A stretch of 43,816 nt of DNA from NCBI GenBank assembly GCA_001796935.1, contig MGNX01000108.1:1-43816 (forward strand). Direction: 5' to 3'. The DNA is from Chloroflexi bacterium RBG_16_60_22 (GTDB taxonomy: Bacteria > Chloroflexota > Dehalococcoidia > Dehalococcoidales > RBG-16-60-22). Within the stretch, counting starts at the first letter, position 1; every line of letters begins with the position of its first letter. Position numbers and translations under genes: made by a program. The notes under the pieces were generated by a model. It did not search any database. It had not been told where the DNA came from and worked only from the letters and a program-made list of their open reading frames with translations. This document shows positions 15,493-23,009 of this stretch, piece after piece.

Positions 15493-18207
15493 CTAAATTT
15501 TCTCCCCCCGGTGAAGGACTCTCTCCCGGGTCAGGCCGGCACCCGGGTCATAAGGCCGGTTAAAAGCTTGATGATACTTCCGCTTCAGCTCGTCAAGATT
15601 GGCTCGCTCCACCGCCACCAGGAACCCGGCGCAGACCATGCCCGTGGCATTCTTGGAGATGGTCTTGCGCGGCGTGATGGTGTTAATCGCCCCGCCCCGG
15701 TCGAGCTCCCCGGGGACGATGGGGTCGTACCGCGCCCCGTGGTCGATGGAGACCACCCCCGGCATGATTCTCTCGGTCACGTAGGCACCGGCGAGGACCG
15801 CCCCCCGCTCGTTGTATATCTTTACCACGTCTCCCCGCTGGATACCCCGCGCCGCCGCGTCCTGCTGGTTCATCCAGAGGGGCTCATAAAGATAGCCGTC
15901 CTGGCCCTTGACCTTGCAGGTCTCGATTTCCCTTATCCAGGTGATGTCATCGAGGTTGGCATGTACCCGCCACCGGCCGTGATTGGAAACCACCAGCAGG
16001 GGGTATTTTTTGGCCCGGGGGTGCAGCCGGCTTTCCTGGTGGGTCTCCCCGTAAGGAATCCAGTGCGGGACCGGCGGCCTCTCCTTATCGCCGGGGAAGT
16101 GCCTGGCCAGGTTCTGGGAATAGAACTCAACCTTGCCGGACGGCGTCTTCAGGGGGTGTCCCTCCGGGTCTTCGTAAAAGTCCTGCAGGGGCGTCCGCCG
16201 CTTGACGTACTGCCTCGCTTCCGGCAGGGTGGGGGAAATGTAATATCCCTTTTCCCTCCATTCTTTATAGGTTATAAACTCTTCAGCGCCGGAGTTATCG
16301 AAGGCGTATTTAATCCATTGCTCCTCCGTCTTGCCCCCAGTCACCTTGTCCCGCAGTCCCAGCCGGTCGGCTATGAGGCAGACTATCTCGTAGTCGCTCT
16401 TTGACTCGCCGACGGGTTCGATGCACTTACCTTCGTGGAAAATAACGTCGAACTGCTCGGACATGGCATCCACCTGAATATCTTCTTCTTCGAACTTGGT
16501 GCTGACCGGCAGGATTACGTCCGCGAACTGGCAATCGTTCTCCAGCCACGGCTGCTGGGCCAGGATGAACTCTATCTTGGGGCTCCTGATGGCCTTGATG
16601 AAGTAGTTGCTGTCATTCCAGCAGGTTATCCAGCAGGGGGTATCCGTCCATATCATGTGTACTTCCGAGCAGCCCCTGGCGGGGTAGGTATATTTGACGA
16701 ACTGGTCTTCCAGCGGTTCGCTCCAGAAGGTGGTGCCGTACCAGCTGACGGGCGGGTTGAGAATGGCCTCGTGGATGAGGTCTTTGGCGATAATCTGGGA
16801 CGGCCTTTGCGCGGGCGGGGTCACCAGCCCGAATTCCGGCTTATGGAGCGGCGGCGGCGTCCAGCCGGCCGGGTCCCACCGCTTGATAAAATCGTTGCGG
16901 GATATGCCGTGAATCTCCGCCGCCTGAAAGGGGACCTCCGTGCCGCGGTAAGCGACCTGCGGCGAAAACATCGCCTGCGATTTAAAAGGCTCGGCGAGGA
17001 ATATCTGGTTGAAACAGAACTGGTGCACCCCCGGTTTCCCCAGCCCCTGCATGGCCAGCAGCAGGACCTCCAGCCGGGCGGGCTCGGTGGAATAAGGCCC
17101 CCGGATGGCACCACCTCCCAGGTAGTGCGATATCGATGTCCGCCGGGAAGCCCACTCTCTGGCCAGGGCCTTGATTATCCTGGAGGGCACGCCGCAAAGC
17201 TCGGCGGCCCACCCGGGCGTCTTGGCAATACCATCCTCTTTACCGAGGACGTAGTCCGCGAACTTATCGAACCCGTAGGTGTGCGTGGCCACGTAGTCTT
17301 TATCATAGGTACCTTCGGTAATCCAGACGTAAGCGATGGCCAGACGCATGGCCGCGTCCGTGTTGGGCAAAATCGGTATCCACTTGTCGGCGTGCACCGC
17401 GGCGCCGTAGTTCAGGTCCGGGCAGATGAAGATGCCCTTTATCCCCAGCTCCCCGAGCCAGTAGCATACCCGACTCTGCGCCTGGCCGTGAAACGCCCAT
17501 GACGTAGTCTCGGGGTCGCAGCCCCAGTACAGGATAAGCTCGCAGTTTTCGGCGATATCCGGGACCATGTTGGTCTGGGACTCGATGCCCACCGGGTCCA
17601 TGCCCCAGGCGTGCTTGGCCCCCCAGTAAAACCCCTCCCAGCTATCCGGGTTCCGGGTCTGGAGGGTATAGCCGCCCATGTGCTTGAGAAGCAGGGCGGG
17701 ACAGGCATGGGACGGGTGCACCACACCCGTTTCCCCGTGGCCGTCCCCCTGTAACAGCACGGCCGATGGCCCGTATTTCTTCTGGACCCTCTTCAGCTCG
17801 CTGGTGATGATGTCCAGGGCCTCGTCCCAGGATATCCTGACGTACTTGCTTTCCCCCCGCTTCTCCGGATTTCTCTGGCCGCCGGGGTCCCAGTCGACCC
17901 TTTTCAGCGGGTGGAGCACCCGGTTGCGTGAGTAAACTCGCTTTTTATAACCCAGGCTGTGCGGCGAAGGTAACGACTGCAGGCGGGGCCGGAAGACCTT
18001 GCCGCGGGCGTGAATCTCCCAGATGCCGAACTCCTCGGAGCGGTATTTCCAGTCGTAGTGGAACGGCCTCAGCCTGACGATTTTTCCATCCCGGACGTCC
18101 ACGGCCACGGTGGAGCCGCCGGTACCGGTCTCCCCGATGAGACCCATGGCCTTGATAAAGGTTTTTTCTGCCCCGTTTTTCTTCCCTGTTCCGCGTTTAT
18201 CGGCCAT
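15493..18207 (-). CDS. transhydroxylase-type Mo-bisPGD large subunit, paralogue 1 (carries an extra ~33-aa segment)
   Basis: The track ORF is 931 aa, trimmed here to Met28 (MADKRGTGKKNG). That start aligns with the MAEKKKTGKDNG start of paralogue 2 and has SD GGGAGG 5 nt upstream. The longer ATG (18288) lies upstream of the predicted -10. Result is 904 aa with the same family blocks. Confidence 0.85.
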   Translation of the reverse strand: MADKRGTGKKNGAEKTFIKAMGLIGETGTGGSTVAVDVRDGKIVRLRPFHYDWKYRSEEFGIWEIHARGKVFRPRLQSLPSPHSLGYKKRVYSRNRVLHPLKRVDWDPGGQRNPEKRGESKYVRISWDEALDIITSELKRVQKKYGPSAVLLQGDGHGETGVVHPSHACPALLLKHMGGYTLQTRNPDSWEGFYWGAKHAWGMDPVGIESQTNMVPDIAENCELILYWGCDPETTSWAFHGQAQSRVCYWLGELGIKGIFICPDLNYGAAVHADKWIPILPNTDAAMRLAIAYVWITEGTYDKDYVATHTYGFDKFADYVLGKEDGIAKTPGWAAELCGVPSRIIKALAREWASRRTSISHYLGGGAIRGPYSTEPARLEVLLLAMQGLGKPGVHQFCFNQIFLAEPFKSQAMFSPQVAYRGTEVPFQAAEIHGISRNDFIKRWDPAGWTPPPLHKPEFGLVTPPAQRPSQIIAKDLIHEAILNPPVSWYGTTFWSEPLEDQFVKYTYPARGCSEVHMIWTDTPCWITCWNDSNYFIKAIRSPKIEFILAQQPWLENDCQFADVILPVSTKFEEEDIQVDAMSEQFDVIFHEGKCIEPVGESKSDYEIVCLIADRLGLRDKVTGGKTEEQWIKYAFDNSGAEEFITYKEWREKGYYISPTLPEARQYVKRRTPLQDFYEDPEGHPLKTPSGKVEFYSQNLARHFPGDKERPPVPHWIPYGETHQESRLHPRAKKYPLLVVSNHGRWRVHANLDDITWIREIETCKVKGQDGYLYEPLWMNQQDAAARGIQRGDVVKIYNERGAVLAGAYVTERIMPGVVSIDHGARYDPIVPGELDRGGAINTITPRKTISKNATGMVCAGFLVAVERANLDELKRKYHQAFNRPYDPGAGLTRERVLHRGEKI

Positions 18208-18277
18208 GTTGCCTCCCAATGGTGAACTTATAGCCAGACTCGGGGCCCGGGACAATTGAAAAAACCGATTGCGGCAT

Positions 18278-18307
18278 AGTATATTCATATTTCAGGCGGC
18301 AAGTCAA
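18278..18307 (-). promoter_or_regulatory. candidate sigma70-type promoter for paralogue 1
   Basis: Minus strand reads TTGACT (18307-18302), an 18-nt spacer, then TATACT (18283-18278). Confidence 0.5.
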
Positions 18308-18340
18308 CCCGAATTGAACTTAACCCTGATAATTGCATTG

Positions 18341-18369
18341 TTGACAAAAAGGTATTGCCCATCTATAAT
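18341..18369 (+). promoter_or_regulatory. consensus sigma70-type promoter for the TRAP operon
   Basis: TTGACA (18341-18346), a 17-nt spacer, then TATAAT (18364-18369). Both hexamers are perfect. Predicted leader is about 120 nt. Confidence 0.65.
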
Positions 18370-18494
18370 CTCCATGACCCTGTACAATCTGGATAAACGC
18401 AGGATTCATCTAAGGGAGGTGTGACATGTAATCGAATCTTGACGGTTTTTTCCACATCCGTCGAAAACCAAAGTCTGGGAAGGAGACCATGTAA

Positions 18495-19685
18495 ATGAGA
18501 AAAATTTTACTTCTGTTGGTTATTGTTATTCTGACCAGCGCCGTTATCTTTGGTTGTACTCAACAAGCCCCGGCCCCGGCACCAGCTCCGGCCCCGGCTC
18601 CAGCCCCGGCCCCGGCACCAGCTCCGGCCCCAGCCCCGGCCCCGGCGCCAGCCCCGGCGCCAAAACCGGCTCCGGCTCCGGCGATGAAACCGATGAAACT
18701 CCAGTTCAACAATGGTCAGTTTGGTCCTGCAGACGTCCCCAGCCAGACGTTCAGGTGGTTTACCGATATGGTCACCGAACGGACCAACGGCTTACTGACG
18801 TTTTCACACATCTATTCCTTCGCGCTGACCAAGGCAGGAGAGGAGATAGCCGCCCTCCAGGCCGGGTTAGTTGACGTGGGAAATACCTGTGTGGTATATC
18901 ACCCCACCACGCTGTACATTAACTCCGGTTTCCCCCGCGCCGTGCCCTTCGCTATCAGTGACGTGCGCCCCGCCGCCGAGGTGATGTACAAGATGTACTA
19001 CGAAGGTGAGACAGCCAAAATCCTGGCCGGCGAGTACGCCAAGCAGGGCCTGACCTTCCTGTTCGTCACCGTCGATGACAGTTATGTCCTGGAATCGAAG
19101 ACGCCCATTACCACGCTGATGGACCTCAAAGGTAAAAAGGTAGCCTGTCTCGGTTCCCAGGCCGGGTGGCTCGCCGCCGCTGGCGCGGCGCCGGTGGGGA
19201 TGCCCGTCGGGCCCCGGCCGACCGCACTGCAGACCGGTGTTGTCGAGGTATCCGCGACGCCCTTCGAGATAAGCTACCCGTTCAAGCTCTATGAATTTGC
19301 CCCCCACATGATTCAGACGGGGTGGGGCGCCGTCACCGGTAACCCGATTTCCTGGAACACGGAGAAATTTAACCAGTTGCCCGCGGACGTTCAGAAGATT
19401 CTCATGGATACCGGCAAGGAAGCCTTCAAGAAGAACGTCGACTTCACGGAGAAGTGGTACGAGACTTCGCTATCCCTCGCCAAAGCGGCCGGACAGATTG
19501 TCCATCCCGCGTTCTCCGCGGCGGACCAGGCCGCCTGGTCGGCCCTCCTCGGCGAGCCGGTGGTGGACTGGGTGAAAGCCGCCGAGTCCAAGGGCATCCA
19601 GGGGTCGGATAAAGTGGTGGCGAGGTATATTGAGCTAACCGCGGCAACCGGACACAAGTTCCCCAAGCAGTGGGCGGTTAAATAG
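18495..19685 (+). CDS. TRAP transporter solute receptor (DctP-type), lipoprotein with Ala-Pro tether
   Basis: 396-aa ORF with lipoprotein signal LTSAVIFGC, an (AP)16 linker and DctP-like blocks (DLKGKKVA, ALQTGVVE). SD GGAAGGAG lies 8 nt upstream. Followed by the small and large permease genes. Confidence 0.85.
   Translation: MRKILLLLVIVILTSAVIFGCTQQAPAPAPAPAPAPAPAPAPAPAPAPAPAPAPAPKPAPAPAMKPMKLQFNNGQFGPADVPSQTFRWFTDMVTERTNGLLTFSHIYSFALTKAGEEIAALQAGLVDVGNTCVVYHPTTLYINSGFPRAVPFAISDVRPAAEVMYKMYYEGETAKILAGEYAKQGLTFLFVTVDDSYVLESKTPITTLMDLKGKKVACLGSQAGWLAAAGAAPVGMPVGPRPTALQTGVVEVSATPFEISYPFKLYEFAPHMIQTGWGAVTGNPISWNTEKFNQLPADVQKILMDTGKEAFKKNVDFTEKWYETSLSLAKAAGQIVHPAFSAADQAAWSALLGEPVVDWVKAAESKGIQGSDKVVARYIELTAATGHKFPKQWAVK
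18567..18683. repeat. hexanucleotide (GCN CCN)n coding repeat with a 36-bp tandem duplication
   Basis: Sixteen consecutive Ala-Pro codon pairs (18567-18662), then KPAPAPA. Units 1-6 and 7-12 are identical for their first 29 nt (GCCCCGGCCCCGGCACCAGCTCCGGCCCC). Confidence 0.9.
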
Positions 19686-19721
19686 CCCGCGGCGACCTAC
19701 TGAAACCAGAGCTTAAAAGTA

Positions 19722-20252
19722 ATGCAGTCTCCGAAAGGGATTAACCGGGTAGCCGATATAAGCTTATATATCAACAGGTGGCTGGCGGTAGTGAGCGGCA
19801 TCATCATCATGGTACTGTGCCTCTACACCACCGGCGATGTCATCGGGCGTTATGTCTTTAACAAGCCGTTATGGGCTGCCTATGAGCTGTCCTTAATCTT
19901 CTTGATATATATCACCTTTTGGGGAATTGCCTACGTTCAGTCCCGCGGGGGCCATATGCGGCTGGGGTTCCTCTGGGCGCAGTTCGGCCCCCGCGGTAAG
20001 GCTACTCTCGACCTGCTTACCGTGCTCATCGGGCTTTTCCTCTTCGCTATCATTACCTGGCAGGGCTGGTCCTGGGCCATCGAGTCCTGGACGATAAAAG
20101 AGAGCACCATGGGCGCCTGGACCGTCCCGCTGTTCCCCGCCAGAATCGGGCTCGCCATCGGTTCGGTTACACTTCTTTTACAATACGTCATTGACCTCTT
20201 CCGGCACGTCAGTCAGCTCTTTACTGGCCGTCAGGTTGGTGTGGAACCATGA
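19722..20252 (+). CDS. dctQ: TRAP transporter small permease (DctQ-type)
   Basis: 176-aa hydrophobic ORF with the DctQ-like block GDVIGRYVFNKPLWAAYELS...GGHMRLGFL. Located between the receptor and the large permease. Weak SD. Confidence 0.75.
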   Translation: MQSPKGINRVADISLYINRWLAVVSGIIIMVLCLYTTGDVIGRYVFNKPLWAAYELSLIFLIYITFWGIAYVQSRGGHMRLGFLWAQFGPRGKATLDLLTVLIGLFLFAIITWQGWSWAIESWTIKESTMGAWTVPLFPARIGLAIGSVTLLLQYVIDLFRHVSQLFTGRQVGVEP

Positions 20253-21562
20253 GCCCCGAGATTATTGCCGTCGGTTTCTTTGCCCTGGCGATTGTCCTGC
20301 TCGTCCTGGGGGTGCACATCGGCCTGGCCCTGGCGCTGGCCGGTGCCATCGGCTCGTTCGCCATCATCGGCAACTTCAGCACGGTCTTCGGTTTGCTGAA
20401 ATCCACCCCGTATTATTCCATCTCGATATACGAGCTTTCCGTGGTCCCCCTGTTTATCCTTATGGGGATGTTCAGCCTTTACGGCGGCATCAGCGAATCG
20501 GCTTACCGGGCCATCAACAGCTGGGTGGGGAGGTTCCGGGGAGGCCTGGGCATCGCCACCGTGTGGGCGTGTACCGCCTTCGGGGCTACCTCCGGCTCCT
20601 CGGTGGCCGCCTCCTCCGTTTTCACCAAGGTGAGCTACCCGGAGATGAAGAAAGAGGGGTACGACCCCAATTTTGCCTGCGCCAGTATCGCGGTGTCGGC
20701 CGGTATCGCCATGCTCATTCCTCCGAGCCTGTACGCGGTAATATACGGTATGCTGGCCCAGGCGTCTATCGCCAAGATGCTCATGGCCGGGGTGTTGCCC
20801 GGTATTCTCCAGGCAGCCACCCTTTCCCTGGGTATTTTCATCATGGCGTTGAGGAACCCCGGACTGGCCCCGCGGTCACTCACCGTTTACAACTGGAAGG
20901 AACGGGTAGTCTCCAGCCTGAATGCCTGGCCGATGCTCGTGCTGGCGGCTATCATCATCGGCGGTATCTATTCCGGCGTGTTCACACCGACCGAAGCGGC
21001 GGCCGTGGGCGCCTTCGCCGCCCTGGTGATATGCATCGCCCGCCGGAAACTCAATGGAGGTCAGCTGAAAGACTCGCTGATAGATACGGCCTTCACCACG
21101 GCCATGCTGAACCTGGTCATCATCGGGGCTACCGTCTTCTCCCGCCTGCTGACCGTCAGCGGCCTGCCCATATGGCTGGGGGGAATCGTCGTCAACTCGG
21201 GGCTGTCACCTACCATGGTGGTCATTGCAATCCTGGTCATCTTCATCGTGCTGGGCTGCTTTATCGACGCCATGTCCATCATGTTCATCACCGTCCCCAT
21301 CTTTGCCCCGATTATCGCCGCGGCCGGTGTTGACCTTATCTGGTTCGGGGTGCTGACTACGGTGGCGCTCAACATGGGTACCATCACCCCGCCCTTCGGC
21401 CTGTGCGTCTATACAGTAAAAGCCGTGGCCGGCGCGGAGGTTACGGTGGAGGGTGTCTTCAGGGCAGCCCTCCCGATGTACTTCCCGGTGCTGGTAACCC
21501 TGGCCCTGTTAATCGCCGTACCCATCATTGTCACCATACTGCCCAACACCATGCTGGGCTAG
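20249..21562 (+). CDS. dctM: TRAP transporter large permease (DctM-type)
   Basis: 437-aa polytopic ORF with DctM blocks PLFILMGMF, GGLGIATVWACTAFGATSGSS and MLIPPS. ATGA overlap with dctQ. Confidence 0.9.
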   Translation: MSPEIIAVGFFALAIVLLVLGVHIGLALALAGAIGSFAIIGNFSTVFGLLKSTPYYSISIYELSVVPLFILMGMFSLYGGISESAYRAINSWVGRFRGGLGIATVWACTAFGATSGSSVAASSVFTKVSYPEMKKEGYDPNFACASIAVSAGIAMLIPPSLYAVIYGMLAQASIAKMLMAGVLPGILQAATLSLGIFIMALRNPGLAPRSLTVYNWKERVVSSLNAWPMLVLAAIIIGGIYSGVFTPTEAAAVGAFAALVICIARRKLNGGQLKDSLIDTAFTTAMLNLVIIGATVFSRLLTVSGLPIWLGGIVVNSGLSPTMVVIAILVIFIVLGCFIDAMSIMFITVPIFAPIIAAAGVDLIWFGVLTTVALNMGTITPPFGLCVYTVKAVAGAEVTVEGVFRAALPMYFPVLVTLALLIAVPIIVTILPNTMLG

Positions 21563-22026
21563 TCCGGGAGCGCGGCGATACAGACTATCTCTATCACCAT
21601 GTCCGGGTGGGCCAGGCTCGATACGCCGATTAGCTCCGAGGGCGGCGGGTTGTCATCACTGCACAGGCGGGGGCAGTGCTCCCGGAAAAACTCATCGATG
21701 ACATCGAGGCGCCAGTTTGACGACCGGCCCACTCCGTCCGGAAAAGGCCCTTTGACATAGTAGGTCATCTTAACGATGTTCTCCAGCGACGAGCCCATGT
21801 CCTCCAGGGCGGCCTTAATCTTCTCCATCACCAGCCTGGTCTGGGCCGCGGCGCCCTCCGCCACCGTAGGGGCCTGGTGAAATCCGGGCGACTTGGGGTT
21901 GTAGCCCTCAATCCACCCCGTCATCCCCCCCACGAAAACGAACCCCCCGGCTCCCCTGACCACGGTGCCTTTTCCCCACGGCATCGGGACGCCCCCGGAA
22001 TAACATTTATAGGTCTTCATTTCCAT
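21559..22026 (-). CDS. RidA/YjgF-like family protein (divergent, ~155 aa)
   Basis: The track ORF is 177 aa, trimmed to MEMKTYKC, where AAGGAGGG lies 7 nt upstream of ATG 22026. Has the YjgF-like pattern (GGFVFVGGMTG...QTRLVMEKIKAALEDMGSSLENIVKMTYYV...IEIVCIA). Start is uncertain by a few codons. Confidence 0.65.
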   Translation of the reverse strand: MEMKTYKCYSGGVPMPWGKGTVVRGAGGFVFVGGMTGWIEGYNPKSPGFHQAPTVAEGAAAQTRLVMEKIKAALEDMGSSLENIVKMTYYVKGPFPDGVGRSSNWRLDVIDEFFREHCPRLCSDDNPPPSELIGVSSLAHPDMVIEIVCIAALPD

Positions 22027-22076
22027 TTCAGGTCCCTCCTTATTAGTGACCGTTAATCCCGGGGCAGCCGCGGCAA

Positions 22077-22841
22077 TCAGTAGGCAGCCCATCCACCGTC
22101 AATCAGGAGGGTATCGCCGGTTATCATGCCGGAGTGATGGCTGGCCAGGAAAATGACGGCCGGAACGATGTCTTCAACCTTGGCCCAGCGGTGCAGGGGT
22201 ATCTTGGCCATTTCCGCCTTTTCAAATTCCGGATGGGCCAGGACGAATTTCGCCATATCGGTGAGGGTCCAGGAAGGGCCCACGGCATTAATGCGGATAT
22301 TGTGCTGGGCCCATTCCACCGCCACGGAACGCACCATCTGGACCACGGCGGCCTTGCTGGTATTGTAACCGATGCAATTCGGCGCACCGATGACGCCGAC
22401 CACCGAAGCAATCACCACGATGGTCCCCGACTTACGCGGTATCATGGACTGGCGCCCGGCCGCCTGAATGCAGAAGAAGGTCCCTTTAATATTTACCGAG
22501 TGTAAGGAGTCCCACTGTTCCTCGGTAATGGTATCGGCCGGAGTCGGGCCGAGGTCAACACCGGCGCTGCACACCATGACGTCGATTTCACCCATTTCTT
22601 TCCTGATACGCTCGAAGGTGGGACCGATGGCGGATAAATCCCGGACATCGAGCTGGTAACCCTTGACCAAGCCCTTCTTTTGCAGCTGCTTGGTTGCCTT
22701 GGCCACGGTCTCGGGCTGGCGGCCAATCACCGCCACCTTGGCGCCCCTTTCCAACAGTGCTTCCGCGCATCCCAGACCGATACCCCTCGAGCCTCCGGTT
22801 ACCACGGCTATTTTATTGTGAAAATCGAAATTGATGTCCAT
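22077..22841 (-). CDS. short-chain dehydrogenase/reductase (SDR, FabG-like)
   Basis: 254-aa ORF with the cofactor motif VTGGSRGIGLG, NAG-type block CSAGV, catalytic Y-x3-K (YNTSKAAV) and C-terminal GDTLLIDGG. Confidence 0.9.
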   Translation of the reverse strand: MDINFDFHNKIAVVTGGSRGIGLGCAEALLERGAKVAVIGRQPETVAKATKQLQKKGLVKGYQLDVRDLSAIGPTFERIRKEMGEIDVMVCSAGVDLGPTPADTITEEQWDSLHSVNIKGTFFCIQAAGRQSMIPRKSGTIVVIASVVGVIGAPNCIGYNTSKAAVVQMVRSVAVEWAQHNIRINAVGPSWTLTDMAKFVLAHPEFEKAEMAKIPLHRWAKVEDIVPAVIFLASHHSGMITGDTLLIDGGWAAY

Positions 22842-22897
22842 GAAATAACCCCCCGAATATCATTAGATTTTTAAAGGTCTTGAGGAAATTCCAGTAT

Positions 22898-22926
22898 ATA
22901 GTACCGTAGGGCTTACCGGTTGTCAA
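22898..22926 (-). promoter_or_regulatory. candidate sigma70-type promoter for the SDR/RidA-like genes
   Basis: Minus strand reads TTGACA (22926-22921), a 17-nt spacer, then TACTAT (22903-22898). The -35 sits inside a 12-bp element mirrored at 23008-23019. Confidence 0.4.
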
Positions 22927-23009
22927 CAGAATAGGGAAAGGCCCGGGAACCAGGGATGAATCTCTATTCGGCAGCCTATTTTAACCGGGCCGGTAGGCAG
23001 GGTATTATG

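Noticed and set aside
18208-18288. A 27-codon N-terminal extension of large-subunit paralogue 1 (MNILCRNRFFQLSRAPSLAISSPLGGN) that could look like a signal or Tat-like peptide (R-N-R-F-F).
   Set aside because: There is no true twin-arginine motif. ATG 18288 lies upstream of the predicted -10 (18278-18283). Met28 has a well-spaced GGGAGG and aligns with the N-termini of the paralogues.
18489-18494. A second ATG-TAA start-stop immediately before the TRAP receptor start codon.
   Set aside because: Its spacing to the SD is only 2 nt. The same SD is optimally placed (8 nt) for the genuine ATG at 18495, so the start-stop is probably coincidental.
18567-18683. The GC-rich periodic repeat as a possible CRISPR array or non-coding VNTR.
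   Set aside because: The period is 6 nt (with one 36-nt duplication) and there are no spacers. It lies in frame inside a receptor gene, where it encodes an Ala-Pro tether.
20191-21333. A 380-aa plus-strand ORF overlapping dctM in another frame.
   Set aside because: The translation is Arg/Gly/His-rich with no hydrophobic spans. The dctM frame gives canonical permease blocks.
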